A stretch of 64,000 nt of DNA, from positions 128,001-192,000 of the forward strand of contig JAOPTT010000010.1 in NCBI GenBank assembly GCA_051531975.1. The letters are read 5' to 3'. The position numbers were made by a program, and so were the translations under genes. Below, piece by piece: positions 40,691 to 51,047 of this stretch. Origin of the DNA: Spirochaetaceae bacterium. GTDB taxonomy: Bacteria > Spirochaetota > Spirochaetia > DSM-2461. The notes under the pieces are model-generated. The model made no database searches and was not told the DNA's origin. It saw only the letters and a program-made list of their open reading frames with translations. Numbering within the stretch: position 1 is the stretch's first letter; the number at the start of each line of letters is the position of its first letter.

Positions 40691-41835
40691 AAATAATTAT
40701 AGTATTCTTATTTTTATTAACAATACCACTAATTGTAGCTGAAGAGACTAAAATTGATGATACTAAAATTGATGATACTAAAATTGATGATACTATAACT
40801 GATGATACTTTAACCGACGATACTTTAACTGATGATACTTTAACTGATGATACTAAAACTGAAGAGATAGTTATTGACTACTGGGCAATACCAGATGATG
40901 AATTAGTTCAATTAGCTGAAACTGGAGACAGAGAAGCGCAGTATTATTTAGGTGTTTTAATTAGTGAGCTTGAAAATTCGCACAACATTACAAGGTTAGG
41001 ATATGTTGATAGAAATAAGTATCATTGGTTTGAACTAGCGGCAGCTCAAAATCATGGGAAATCACTAACTATAATTGGGAAAGAGTATCTAACTGCTTTT
41101 GGTTATTATAGAAATCAAGATTATATAAAAGCAGAAGAACACTTTACAGCTGGAATGTCTGAAGATCCTGAATCACTACTGCTAATTAGTATTTTAACCT
41201 ATTATGGTCTTGGAGCAGTCTCTGACAAATTACTTGCAGAAAAATATCTTATAGAGTCACAACACACTTATTACAGAATCCCACCTATGATTCATCTTCA
41301 AAAAGAGTTAGTACAGATGATACGGGAATTAACACGAAAGGATATACCTGAAGCACTATTTATATTAGGTGATTTTTATTACACAGGTAAAACTGATTTT
41401 TATTTAAAAGATTATAAAAAAGCATTTCGAATCTTTAATAAAGCTGGGGAATTAGGAAATAGCTCTGCAGCCTTTATGTTAGGGACTATGTTATACGATG
41501 GTATTGGAGTTTTAAAAGATCTAAAACAAAGTTATAAATGGATTACTTTAAGTGCTCAATCTGGAAACCTCCAAGCTATAATTAAAGCTGGAATAATGAA
41601 TTATTTTGGAGATGGGACAACTATCGATTTAGAAAAAGCATTTAATTGGTTTAAAATAAGTGCAAAAGAAAATGACTCTCTATCCCAGTATTTCTTAGGA
41701 GTTATGTATTTTAAAGCTGAAGGTGTAGAACAAGATCTAAGCCAAACAAAGTATTGGATACAAAAAGCTTTTGAAAATGGTTCAGCTACTGCCAAAAGAT
41801 TCTGGGATAAAAATAAATTATGGTCAATTCCCTAG
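40687..41835 (+). CDS. Exported SEL1-repeat protein with an acidic pentapeptide-repeat linker
   Basis: Signal peptide; (T-x-x-D-D)n; several SEL1 repeats (AQYYLG, ALFILG, AAFMLG, SQYFLG). Start TTG 40687 overlaps the trmL TGA. Confidence 0.85.
   Translation: MKIIIVFLFLLTIPLIVAEETKIDDTKIDDTKIDDTITDDTLTDDTLTDDTLTDDTKTEEIVIDYWAIPDDELVQLAETGDREAQYYLGVLISELENSHNITRLGYVDRNKYHWFELAAAQNHGKSLTIIGKEYLTAFGYYRNQDYIKAEEHFTAGMSEDPESLLLISILTYYGLGAVSDKLLAEKYLIESQHTYYRIPPMIHLQKELVQMIRELTRKDIPEALFILGDFYYTGKTDFYLKDYKKAFRIFNKAGELGNSSAAFMLGTMLYDGIGVLKDLKQSYKWITLSAQSGNLQAIIKAGIMNYFGDGTTIDLEKAFNWFKISAKENDSLSQYFLGVMYFKAEGVEQDLSQTKYWIQKAFENGSATAKRFWDKNKLWSIP
40741..40860 (+). repeat. In-frame 15-bp tandem repeat, 8 units
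   Basis: GAAGAGACTAAAATT, GATGATACTAAAATT x2, GATGATACTATAACT, GATGATACTTTAACC, GACGATACTTTAACT, GATGATACTTTAACT, GATGATACTAAAACT. Confidence 0.95.
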
Positions 41836-42957
41836 TTCATTAACTACTTTTCTCTTCTTTTTAACCTTGTTAAAACCAGCTCGTCCACCACGTTTAACAT
41901 AACGTCGTTTACCAGTTATTTTAATATTTTTTCTTTTTAGTAATAATCTTGCGGCATTTTCTACATCAGCATTAGGTGCAATCAATGGTTTTAAACTATC
42001 TTTAATATTTTGAACAAAATCTTTCATTACAATATTTTTACTATTAAAAACACCAAGACCGGTCAGATATGCATCAAGGAAATATGACAATGCTAAACCT
42101 TTACTTTTCTCTGAGCCTCTATATATCTTTTTATCAAGTTTATCTAAATCTTTTAATAATCGAGTTTTAAACTCTTTTTTATTCTTTCCTAATAGTGCAT
42201 CTCCAACTTCAGGGAATAGACATTCAAATGCTCTGTAATATATAATATCTTCAATAATTTTATTTGAACAACCAGATAATAAAATCTTAAAAACTTCTTC
42301 AATTAACCTTGAAACAGACACTGTATCTAGTAGATTGATCTCTTTTTTTATTTGACGTCTCAGTTTTAAAGGTATTTTTAATCTAGAAATATTACTATAT
42401 TTTATAGCACGAATCATTCTAACAGGATCTTCTTTAAAAGTTGTATCTAAGTCTATAATTGACTTTAATTTACTATTTCTTAAATCCTTTACTCCACCAA
42501 GATAATCAATTACTAGGTTATCAGATGGTGAATAATAGAGGGCATTAATAGTAAAGTCTCGTCTTAAAACATCCTCTTCTATATTACCATAATCATTATT
42601 ATTATTTGATGATTCTAAAGATCTAAATGTAGCTATTTCAAATATTTTAGGACCAAAATAAATATGTACAAGTTTAAAACGCTTACCAATTATTCTGGAA
42701 TTCTTAAAAGTTCTTCTAACTTCTTCTGGTAACGCATCGGTTGCTATATCAAAATCTTTTGGTTCTCTTCCTACCATTAAATCTCTTACTGCCCCACCAA
42801 CTATATATGCTTGGTAACCTCGGCGAGTTAGTTTCTCTATTATAGAAATTGCATCTCTATCTACAAATGCTTTATTTATATTATGCTCTAAAGGCTGATA
42901 TACCTCAGCTTGCTTTACAGGACGACCTTTTTTGTCAGTAGTATAACGAATTAACAT
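41824..42957 (-). CDS. pcnB: Poly(A) polymerase I
   Basis: VGGAVRD, DFDIAT, PAP-specific signature IIGKRFKLVHI, RRDFTINAL, EDPVRMIRA, basic C-terminal tail. Confidence 0.9.
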   Translation of the reverse strand: MLIRYTTDKKGRPVKQAEVYQPLEHNINKAFVDRDAISIIEKLTRRGYQAYIVGGAVRDLMVGREPKDFDIATDALPEEVRRTFKNSRIIGKRFKLVHIYFGPKIFEIATFRSLESSNNNNDYGNIEEDVLRRDFTINALYYSPSDNLVIDYLGGVKDLRNSKLKSIIDLDTTFKEDPVRMIRAIKYSNISRLKIPLKLRRQIKKEINLLDTVSVSRLIEEVFKILLSGCSNKIIEDIIYYRAFECLFPEVGDALLGKNKKEFKTRLLKDLDKLDKKIYRGSEKSKGLALSYFLDAYLTGLGVFNSKNIVMKDFVQNIKDSLKPLIAPNADVENAARLLLKRKNIKITGKRRYVKRGGRAGFNKVKKKRKVVNELGN

Positions 42958-43107
42958 AATAAGAAATGTAACCTATAATCTCTCGATATTCAACCATTAA
43001 GAATTATGAATAAACTGGACAGTAAAGGTACTCGATGTTAATATTTATCTTTATAGTAAAACTGCCGATATAGATTAAGTCTGATAAACTCAAATTAAGG
43101 ATAATTA

Positions 43108-45264
43108 ATGAGAATAAAGAATAAACTTACCACTGTACAACTAATAATGACCATAACACTTCTGCTTTCAATATTTATATTCACTTTACATATGCAAAAG
43201 GTTGTTAAAGTAAAAAACGCAGTTATTGTTTTAAATCACCTTGATACTGAGATTACAAAATTTAATTGGTATATAAAATCGTTAGCTTATGTAAGGGTTG
43301 AAAGTAATGTAATTCAAGAACAACTAGGTAGTAGAACTTTAATACAAAAAAGGTTTATTGATGAAATAAAAAGGTCTTCTCTATATAACAATGCAACTAC
43401 AAGGGACATATTAAAGGATTTAAATGTCTCTTTTACTTTATTAACTAGTAAATCAATTTCAAGTTTTACAAAACATATAATTACTTTAGATGATGAATAT
43501 AAAGAAACAGATGCAAAACGTTTAATACAAGAAGTTGGTATAAAGGACGCTCTGGCAAAAGCAAAATTGATTCCCATAGGAACAAATGAAGAAAGTTCTG
43601 GTACAAACGAACTAATAGTTCTTTTATATAAAATAGATTTTGCGAATAAAGAGATAGTAAAAGAGTATGCAGCGTACCATGAGTTATGGAAAACTGTAAA
43701 AGTATCATGTGATACCAGATTAGATGAAATACAAAGAAAATCTATTATTTCAACAGTAATGTTACTTATTTTTGTTATAGGAATTGCCCTCTACTTTAAT
43801 AGTAAAATAACAAATGTTATTACTATTAACTTAAATGAGTTAAATTCATCCTTAGCCAAAATGACCGATGGAGACTTTACTTCAAGTGTACACATTGCTG
43901 CAGGGGATGAATTTGGAGACTTAGCGCGGAACTTCAATGATTTTATAGCATCACTCTGGAAAAAACTTGACTCAATGAATGTTATTATGGCTGATATTGG
44001 TAATGCCATGAACGAAGAGCTTAATCTGACAAAAATACAGACAAATATTCTATCAAATGTGACTAACCACATTGTTTCAGACTCTGCTGCTTTATTCACA
44101 TTAAAAGACGGGGAAATAAAAATTACTTCATCAAAAGGACATTTTCCTCCCTTTTTTCCAATTGAAGAGGATCTAAGTTCAGATAGACCTAAAGCAGGTA
44201 GATACCTATACGAAAATGTTATTCCAATAGATACTCCAATTCTTGTAAAAGTTATGGAGAGCCAAAAACCTATGCTTATCCGAGAATGTTTAAATCATCC
44301 TGACTTTCCCCAATGTAGAGATAAAAAATCGGCATTATATATAAACTCACTAATGATGGTACCTCTAATGAATGCTGGTGAGATTATAGGTGGATTTGTC
44401 GTGATGAGAACATCAAATCCTAAACCATTTTCAGATTTAGATTTCTCAAACTTCTCATCCTTTAGTGATTATACAGCATTAACGCTGGATACTCTGGACA
44501 AATATAATGAACTTCTAGAAAAATTTGAGATGCAAAAAGAGATTGGTGTTGCTGCGGATATCCAGCAGAGTCTTGTTCCAGGGAAAATGCCTAAAATTAA
44601 AGGGATTACTTCTAGTGCATATACACTTGCAGCCAAAGGGGTAAGTGGAGACTATTACGACTTCTTTAGAATGAATAAAAATACAATCGGAGCTACAGTT
44701 TGTGATGTTGCCGGCAAAGGTGTTCCTGCATCATTAGTAATGGTAATGATTAGGACAATATTAAGGTTAGTATCCTCTCCTAAACGAGGGGCTGCTGAAA
44801 CACTTACAATGTTAAATAAAAGTATTTGCGGTAAAATTGATGTTGATCGATATGCAACTATGGCATTTTTTAAGATTGATTTAGAGAAGATGAAGTTAAA
44901 TTATTCAAATGCAGCCCATCACCCTATACAGATTTATAGGCAAAAAACACAGAAATTTTATGCAGTAGATTCTCCAGGATTACCAGTAGGTATTGATAGT
45001 ACTGCTGTATTTAAAGAGAAAAGAATCAGTTTAGACCCAGGGGATGTAATATTTATGTATACCGATGGTTTCCCAGAAGCAAGAAACCCAAATGGAGATG
45101 AGTATTCAACTCAAAGAATGTTAAGAGAAATTAGACTTCACTCTAACTTAAGTGCTCCAAAGATTCTTGATAGTGTAATAACTGATATGCATAAATTTAC
45201 TGCCCGTGCAAAACAGCATGACGACCAGACAATTCTAATTATTAAAATTGATGAGGATAAATAA
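43108..45264 (+). CDS. Membrane PP2C/SpoIIE-family phosphatase (2TM-HAMP-GAF-PP2C)
   Basis: HAMP GDFT...DEFGDL; GAF; VSGDYYD, DVAGKG, YTDG, DDQT. Confidence 0.92.
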   Translation: MRIKNKLTTVQLIMTITLLLSIFIFTLHMQKVVKVKNAVIVLNHLDTEITKFNWYIKSLAYVRVESNVIQEQLGSRTLIQKRFIDEIKRSSLYNNATTRDILKDLNVSFTLLTSKSISSFTKHIITLDDEYKETDAKRLIQEVGIKDALAKAKLIPIGTNEESSGTNELIVLLYKIDFANKEIVKEYAAYHELWKTVKVSCDTRLDEIQRKSIISTVMLLIFVIGIALYFNSKITNVITINLNELNSSLAKMTDGDFTSSVHIAAGDEFGDLARNFNDFIASLWKKLDSMNVIMADIGNAMNEELNLTKIQTNILSNVTNHIVSDSAALFTLKDGEIKITSSKGHFPPFFPIEEDLSSDRPKAGRYLYENVIPIDTPILVKVMESQKPMLIRECLNHPDFPQCRDKKSALYINSLMMVPLMNAGEIIGGFVVMRTSNPKPFSDLDFSNFSSFSDYTALTLDTLDKYNELLEKFEMQKEIGVAADIQQSLVPGKMPKIKGITSSAYTLAAKGVSGDYYDFFRMNKNTIGATVCDVAGKGVPASLVMVMIRTILRLVSSPKRGAAETLTMLNKSICGKIDVDRYATMAFFKIDLEKMKLNYSNAAHHPIQIYRQKTQKFYAVDSPGLPVGIDSTAVFKEKRISLDPGDVIFMYTDGFPEARNPNGDEYSTQRMLREIRLHSNLSAPKILDSVITDMHKFTARAKQHDDQTILIIKIDEDK

Positions 45265-45267
45265 AAG

Positions 45268-47409
45268 ATGAAAATACAGACTAAAATTACCCTGATTCAA
45301 TTAACAACAGTATTATGTATACTCTTCTCTATTTTTATTTTATATACATCTTTTAATAACATACAAAAGTTAAAAAATATTCAGGTAGAGTTTAACCGTT
45401 TAGTAGATATGGGTGATAGTTTAAGTGAACTATTCTCGAACTCTCTTTATACCGACGAAAATATTGTAGATTATAGTCTTCGTATAACCAGTAAACATGA
45501 TGAATTATTAACTCTTTTAGATTATTTATATGATAAAATCACTACAAATCATAAGGACTTAGAAGAGAGTTTTAAAAAGTTTTATTACACGTGGTCACAA
45601 CAAAATGCATCATATTATTTACCTATTACCAGTACTTTTAGAGGGCTAATTGATCCCAATTCTGGATGGATTCCAATTATTGCAAGTAATGGAATTATAA
45701 AAAGTTATGATATAATTTATGAAAGAATGAAAAGTGATAATACACTTACTTCAAAATTTACGACTTTAAGACAACTAATTACTCAGATTGAGGCTCAAGA
45801 TTATAGTTATTTATCTATTGATACCTTAATTGTTGTTGTACAAGATGATCTTATATATGAGGTAGATAGAAATATCGCAACCAACACACTCTTTCTTATT
45901 TTCTTTACAATTGTAATTGTTATTGCAGCAATGAATTTAAGCTTACGAGTAGCAAGAAGTTTAATAAGTAAAGTTAACAATGTTGAAACATCTATTGAAC
46001 AAATCTCAGAAGGAGACCTTTCAGTTCAAGCCCACGATAATAGTGGTGATGAGTTTAGTGTACTTACACAGAACTTCAACCAATTAACCTCCATGTTAGT
46101 AGGTAAAACAGCATCGATGAGAGAGTTAATGAACGAAGTAAGTTCTATAATATCCGAATCTGTAAATATTGATGCTTTATTAGCTAAAATAACACAATTA
46201 GCAAAAGATTCATCAAATGCGGATACTGCTGTAATTCTTTTAGTTGATAAATTTACAGATGTTTTAAAAGTAGAACATATGGAAGGTTTTTTTCCTCCCC
46301 CATTCTCAGTATCAGTATCAGTTAGATCAAAAAGAGCTCTAATTGAGGAAAAATTAAAATCTACACCAATTGCATTTGGAAGTACATATCTATCTAGTGA
46401 ATCCGTTTTAAAAGGCTCATCATTGTTTATTAAAGATACCCAGCTTGAAACTGATAAACTTCCTTTAAACTCAAATCCACAGGATATTTTATTTATTAAA
46501 TCAAGTATGACTATTCCTTTAGTTGTTTCAAATAAACTTCTAGGTGTTATATCACTTGCTAAAACCCAAAGAGATGATACATTTTCAGACTTAGATTTCT
46601 CAAATATGGTATCTTTTATGGAGTATGTATCGTTAACAATTGATAATATCTATAAATATATGGAACTTCTTGAAAAAACAGAGCTTAAAAGAGAGATGAA
46701 TATTGCGTCTCAGATTCAATCTCAGTTACTTCCTAAAAAAATTCCAGTACTTCCTAATATCGATGTTTCTGCATTTTCTGAAAGTGCTAGAGGTATTAGT
46801 GGTGACTACTACGATATTTACAAAATATCTAAAAGTAAAAGTGTTGCAACAGTTTGTGATGTTGCAGGTAAAGGTATCGCTGCTGCCCTAGTATTAGTAA
46901 TTATTCGAACTATACTTCAGTTAGCATCAAATAGTAAATCTACAGCAAAAGATCTACTAACATTTCTAAATAAAAGTATTTCAGATAGAGTTAAAACAGA
47001 CTATTTTGCAACACTATCAGTATTAGTTTACGATGATGATAAAGATGAACTTACAATTGCAGTTGCTGGAGATACTCCGTTTCTAATTTACCGTAATGCG
47101 AGCCAGAGAGTTGAAAGAATAAATCATGATGATGTTCCAGTAGGTATAGATAACACAACTGTATATACAAACAAAAGTATAAGATTACAAGATGATGATG
47201 TATTGTATATGTTCTCAGATGGTCTACTAGAAGTTAGAAATGACTTTAATGATGTATTCACAATTGAAGAGCTAGAATCATTCATATTAGAGAACTCAAA
47301 CAATAGAACTGAGACAATATCACTGCTATTAAAGAATTATTTAAATGAGTTTAGAGGATCTAGAAACAGAGTAGATGATGAAACTGTAATTATTTTTAAG
47401 AAGATTTAG
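45268..47409 (+). CDS. Membrane PP2C/SpoIIE-family phosphatase (2TM-HAMP-GAF-PP2C), paralog of the upstream gene
   Basis: HAMP GDLS...DEFSVL; GAF; ISGDYYD, DVAGKG, FSDG, DDET. Confidence 0.92.
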   Translation: MKIQTKITLIQLTTVLCILFSIFILYTSFNNIQKLKNIQVEFNRLVDMGDSLSELFSNSLYTDENIVDYSLRITSKHDELLTLLDYLYDKITTNHKDLEESFKKFYYTWSQQNASYYLPITSTFRGLIDPNSGWIPIIASNGIIKSYDIIYERMKSDNTLTSKFTTLRQLITQIEAQDYSYLSIDTLIVVVQDDLIYEVDRNIATNTLFLIFFTIVIVIAAMNLSLRVARSLISKVNNVETSIEQISEGDLSVQAHDNSGDEFSVLTQNFNQLTSMLVGKTASMRELMNEVSSIISESVNIDALLAKITQLAKDSSNADTAVILLVDKFTDVLKVEHMEGFFPPPFSVSVSVRSKRALIEEKLKSTPIAFGSTYLSSESVLKGSSLFIKDTQLETDKLPLNSNPQDILFIKSSMTIPLVVSNKLLGVISLAKTQRDDTFSDLDFSNMVSFMEYVSLTIDNIYKYMELLEKTELKREMNIASQIQSQLLPKKIPVLPNIDVSAFSESARGISGDYYDIYKISKSKSVATVCDVAGKGIAAALVLVIIRTILQLASNSKSTAKDLLTFLNKSISDRVKTDYFATLSVLVYDDDKDELTIAVAGDTPFLIYRNASQRVERINHDDVPVGIDNTTVYTNKSIRLQDDDVLYMFSDGLLEVRNDFNDVFTIEELESFILENSNNRTETISLLLKNYLNEFRGSRNRVDDETVIIFKKI

Positions 47410-47893
47410 TTTTTAAAGATACTAGAAGATATACAGATAAAAACAGTAGTGAAAAACCAATAATTCTAGTTACAAAAAATGAGACACCTAATGGGAATAT
47501 TGCGATAATAAAACCTACTATTAGAAATATAATTCCTGCTGAAGTCTCTTTTGTTCTAGCTATAGCTACAACTCCAACTAACATAATTAGAAGGCCTAGA
47601 ACGACAAATATTGCCCCAGATAAAAACCCAGCAACAACCGTTGAATTAAACAATAATAAGCAGCCTAATGTAGTTAAAATCAGGAATCTTAACCCTTCAG
47701 GTACCCACCCCTTCTTATATTTAATTAATGCTAAAAAAGAGATTAATGCATAGATTCCAATAAGAACCATATAACCACCAAGAACAAATAACATAATTGA
47801 TAGAAGTGAATTAGGTTTAATTATTATTACTAAACTCATTATTAACATAATAGAGAATTTTACTGTTTTTAATACATTTTCATTACTAGTCAT
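47396..47893 (-). CDS. HdeD/DUF308-like integral membrane protein
   Basis: 165 aa, about 6 TM segments with repeated G-x-x-x-I-x-x-P pattern. Confidence 0.7.
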   Translation of the reverse strand: MTSNENVLKTVKFSIMLIMSLVIIIKPNSLLSIMLFVLGGYMVLIGIYALISFLALIKYKKGWVPEGLRFLILTTLGCLLLFNSTVVAGFLSGAIFVVLGLLIMLVGVVAIARTKETSAGIIFLIVGFIIAIFPLGVSFFVTRIIGFSLLFLSVYLLVSLKTKSS

Positions 47894-47970
47894 AGGTTAG
47901 TTTATATCATGAGACTTATTTGATCAAACTTTTTATAGATTTTTTTTAAAATGAAAGATAGACTATTATT

Positions 47971-49065
47971 ATGAATGGGACTGAAAGAAATATATTAAAT
48001 TTAATTAGAAAACATAAAAAATTATCCAATACTGAGATAACTAAAATAACTGGCAAACATAAGTCTACAATTTCACCTTGTATACAGTCTCTAATAAATA
48101 ATGAATTTATTACTACAGCTGGAATTGGAACATCAACAAAAAAAGGTGGTAAACCTCCACAATATCTGGAACTAAATTCTAAGAAGTTTTATACCATAGG
48201 TCTTAGTATAGAACCGGAACAGATAACAGTTTTAATTACTGACTTTTGTGGAAATATAATTCAAACCCACTATTCAACGTATAAAGATAAAACATCAAAA
48301 GATGACATAATTTCTGATATAAAAGAATCAATAATTCAGATAATTCAAAAAGAATCGTTAAAAGATTCTCAGATATCAGGTATAGGAATAGGAATCTCTG
48401 CACAAGTAGATAGTAAAAATGGAATAATATATAAATGCGATGGTCTTAATCTGTCTGAAGTTCCATTAAAAGCAGAAATCGAAAAATTATTCCCCTACCC
48501 TGTTGAGCTTATTAATGATGTAAATGCCTCATTATTAGCTGAAAAATGGTTTATTCATGACCCTGAAAATATTAACTATGAAAATGTAATCTACCTTTTT
48601 ATTGGTTCTACTCTAGTAAATATGGGTTTAGGTCTATACCTGAACAGTACACTTTATGAAGGTAGTAATCACCATGCTGGAGAAATGTACTCTTATCAAA
48701 ATGATGTTAGATTAGCTAATTATTCAAATAACAGTCAAGATATTTCTGACTTTAGAATTGATAAAGTAAAAAACTTTCTAGAAATAGACAAAGATGCTAC
48801 AACTGGATTGTTAAATTTATATACTGATATCATTTCTGATAAAATGGTCCAGTGTATAGAGCTTTTAAATCCACAAAAGCTAATTATAGGTGGGAATGTA
48901 ATCTACGCAAAAGACGAATTTTTGACTCCTTTAATTAACGCAATAAAAGTTAAAACAGAAAAATTATTTCAAGGGTATCTGGATGTTGAAATTACAGGCT
49001 CAGAACTAGATGAACTTGCAACTCCCTTAGGAGCAACAACATTAATATTAAAAAGTTATTTTTAG
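47971..49065 (+). CDS. ROK-family transcriptional regulator
   Basis: N-terminal wHTH with GGKPP; GIGIGIS, INDVNA, GLGL, HAGE, LLNPQKLIIGG. Confidence 0.88.
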   Translation: MNGTERNILNLIRKHKKLSNTEITKITGKHKSTISPCIQSLINNEFITTAGIGTSTKKGGKPPQYLELNSKKFYTIGLSIEPEQITVLITDFCGNIIQTHYSTYKDKTSKDDIISDIKESIIQIIQKESLKDSQISGIGIGISAQVDSKNGIIYKCDGLNLSEVPLKAEIEKLFPYPVELINDVNASLLAEKWFIHDPENINYENVIYLFIGSTLVNMGLGLYLNSTLYEGSNHHAGEMYSYQNDVRLANYSNNSQDISDFRIDKVKNFLEIDKDATTGLLNLYTDIISDKMVQCIELLNPQKLIIGGNVIYAKDEFLTPLINAIKVKTEKLFQGYLDVEITGSELDELATPLGATTLILKSYF

Positions 49066-49077
49066 TATGGGAGCTCT

Positions 49078-50031
49078 ATGAATATAGTAATACTTGATGC
49101 TGCAACACTTGGAAAAGATCTAAACCTCTCTTCTTTTAACGATCTAGGAGAAGTAACTACTTATCAATTTACTAGTGATTCCGATGTTCTAAAACATAGT
49201 AAAAATGCGGATGTATTAGTATTAAATAAAGTAGATTTAAGAGAAAAAGAGTTCAGAGCTCTACCAAAATTAAAATTAATATGCTTAACAGCTACAGGTT
49301 ATAATAATATAGATACTATTAAAGCCAAAGAATTTGGAATTACAGTTTGTAATGTGACTAATTATTCCACGGAATCTGTTGCTCAACATACATTTAGCAT
49401 GCTTTTATATCAACTCCAGCATCTAAAATATTACGATAATTATATTAAGAATAGGGAATATAATAACAATATAGTATTCACAACTATAGAACAAAGTTGG
49501 AATGAGATTCATGGAAAAAACTGGGGTATAATCGGTCTTGGTAATATTGGACGAAAAGTTGCAAATATAGCAGATGCTTTTGGGGCTAATATTTTTTTTA
49601 CATCAACTACTGGTATAAAAAGAGATGAAGATTATACAGAGGTATCTTTAAAAGTCCTAATGAAAACATGTGATATTATTTCAATCCATGCACCACTGAA
49701 TAACAGAACTATAGATCTTATATCTTTTCCTGAATTAGAATTAGCAAAAAAGAATCTGATTATTATGAATTTAGGCCGGGGTGGAATTATTAACGAAGAA
49801 GCGTTAGCTTATGCTTTAGATAATGATCAGATAAAAGCTGCTTGTATAGATGTATTAACAACTGAACCTGTAAAAAATGATAATCCACTAATAAATATAG
49901 TGCAAAAAGAGAAACTATTTATTACTCCGCATATTGCTTGGGCTAGTATAGAATCTAGAAACAGAGTTATATCAGAGATATGTAAAAATATCTCAGCATA
50001 TTTTAGTGGTAATATTAGAAACCAAGTTTAA
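49078..50031 (+). CDS. D-2-hydroxyacid dehydrogenase (glycerate dehydrogenase-like)
   Basis: ATGYNNID, GIIGLGNIG, IHAPL, NLGRGG, DVLTTEP, TPHIAW. Confidence 0.92.
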   Translation: MNIVILDAATLGKDLNLSSFNDLGEVTTYQFTSDSDVLKHSKNADVLVLNKVDLREKEFRALPKLKLICLTATGYNNIDTIKAKEFGITVCNVTNYSTESVAQHTFSMLLYQLQHLKYYDNYIKNREYNNNIVFTTIEQSWNEIHGKNWGIIGLGNIGRKVANIADAFGANIFFTSTTGIKRDEDYTEVSLKVLMKTCDIISIHAPLNNRTIDLISFPELELAKKNLIIMNLGRGGIINEEALAYALDNDQIKAACIDVLTTEPVKNDNPLINIVQKEKLFITPHIAWASIESRNRVISEICKNISAYFSGNIRNQV

Positions 50032-51044
50032 GATAGTTGATCATCAATAAAATACATATTTGTTAAGCCCTTACCTTTAACATCAATTGGTTCTCTTTTT
50101 GTAAAATTAAAATTATCCTTAACTCTTAAATAGAAATCCTCTGAGACATTTATAGCCATAGGTTCTGAGTTTGACTCCATTCTTGACGCGATATTAACAG
50201 AATCACCAAAAATATCGTAAATATATTTTTTAGTTCCAACAATACCTCCAACGATATCTCCGGTATGTATACCAATTCGTACTTGCCACTTATTATCAGA
50301 TATACCGTTTCTCTTGATTAAATACTCTTTAATTTCAAGTGCAGCCTTAGCCAAACTAGAGGCACTGCTACAGACACCTAAATATGCATCGCCAATTGTT
50401 TTTATTCTTTCACAGCCGTTTTTATCCATAATCTCATCAAATGCTGTAAACATGTCATTTAGTTCTGTTATTAATGTTCTAGGGGCTAACTGAGTAGCAT
50501 ATTCGGTAAATTTTACAAAATCTGTAAACATAATACTTACATCAGCGAAACTTTGAGGTTCACTTGTCCCATACTCTTTTAACTCCTTTGCAACACTTTC
50601 TGGTAATACATTTAATAGTAGTGCATCAGACTTTCCTCTTTCGATCTCAATATCTTTCTGAATTTGTCTTAATTTTAGATGTGTTGTAACCCTGGCTATA
50701 ACTTCTTCCTTCTGAAAGGGCTTAGATACATAATCAACAGCTCCAGAAGTAAATCCTTTAACTTTATCCTCAATCTGATTTAATGCAGAAATAAATATAA
50801 CAGGAATATCAGCGATAGTTGGGTCAGCTTTTATTTTCTCAATAGTTTCATAACCATTCATACCAGGCATCTTTATATCTAATAATATCAAATCAGGTAG
50901 TGCCTTTTTTGCAATCTGAATAGCTCTCTCACCACTCTTAGCTTGTAGAGGATAAAAACCTTGCTGAGTCAGTGTTTCTGTAAGAACTTTTAAATTCTCT
51001 TCAATATCATCAACTATTAAAATTCTTGATTTACTCTTATCCAT
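50028..51044 (-). CDS. Response regulator receiver fused to class III adenylate cyclase
   Basis: REC (VDD, LDIKMP, KPF); cyclase FTDFVKFT, IKTIGDAY, YDIFGDSVNIASRME. The K/D specificity residues point to ATP as substrate. Confidence 0.92.
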   Translation of the reverse strand: MDKSKSRILIVDDIEENLKVLTETLTQQGFYPLQAKSGERAIQIAKKALPDLILLDIKMPGMNGYETIEKIKADPTIADIPVIFISALNQIEDKVKGFTSGAVDYVSKPFQKEEVIARVTTHLKLRQIQKDIEIERGKSDALLLNVLPESVAKELKEYGTSEPQSFADVSIMFTDFVKFTEYATQLAPRTLITELNDMFTAFDEIMDKNGCERIKTIGDAYLGVCSSASSLAKAALEIKEYLIKRNGISDNKWQVRIGIHTGDIVGGIVGTKKYIYDIFGDSVNIASRMESNSEPMAINVSEDFYLRVKDNFNFTKREPIDVKGKGLTNMYFIDDQLS

Positions 51045-51047
51045 AGA

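Noticed and set aside
40741..40860. Possible CRISPR array
   Set aside because: The 15-bp units are contiguous with no spacers, in frame within a CDS, and there are no cas genes.
41824..42957. CCA-adding enzyme
   Set aside because: It carries the poly(A) polymerase-specific G(K/R)RF-x-L-x-H signature.
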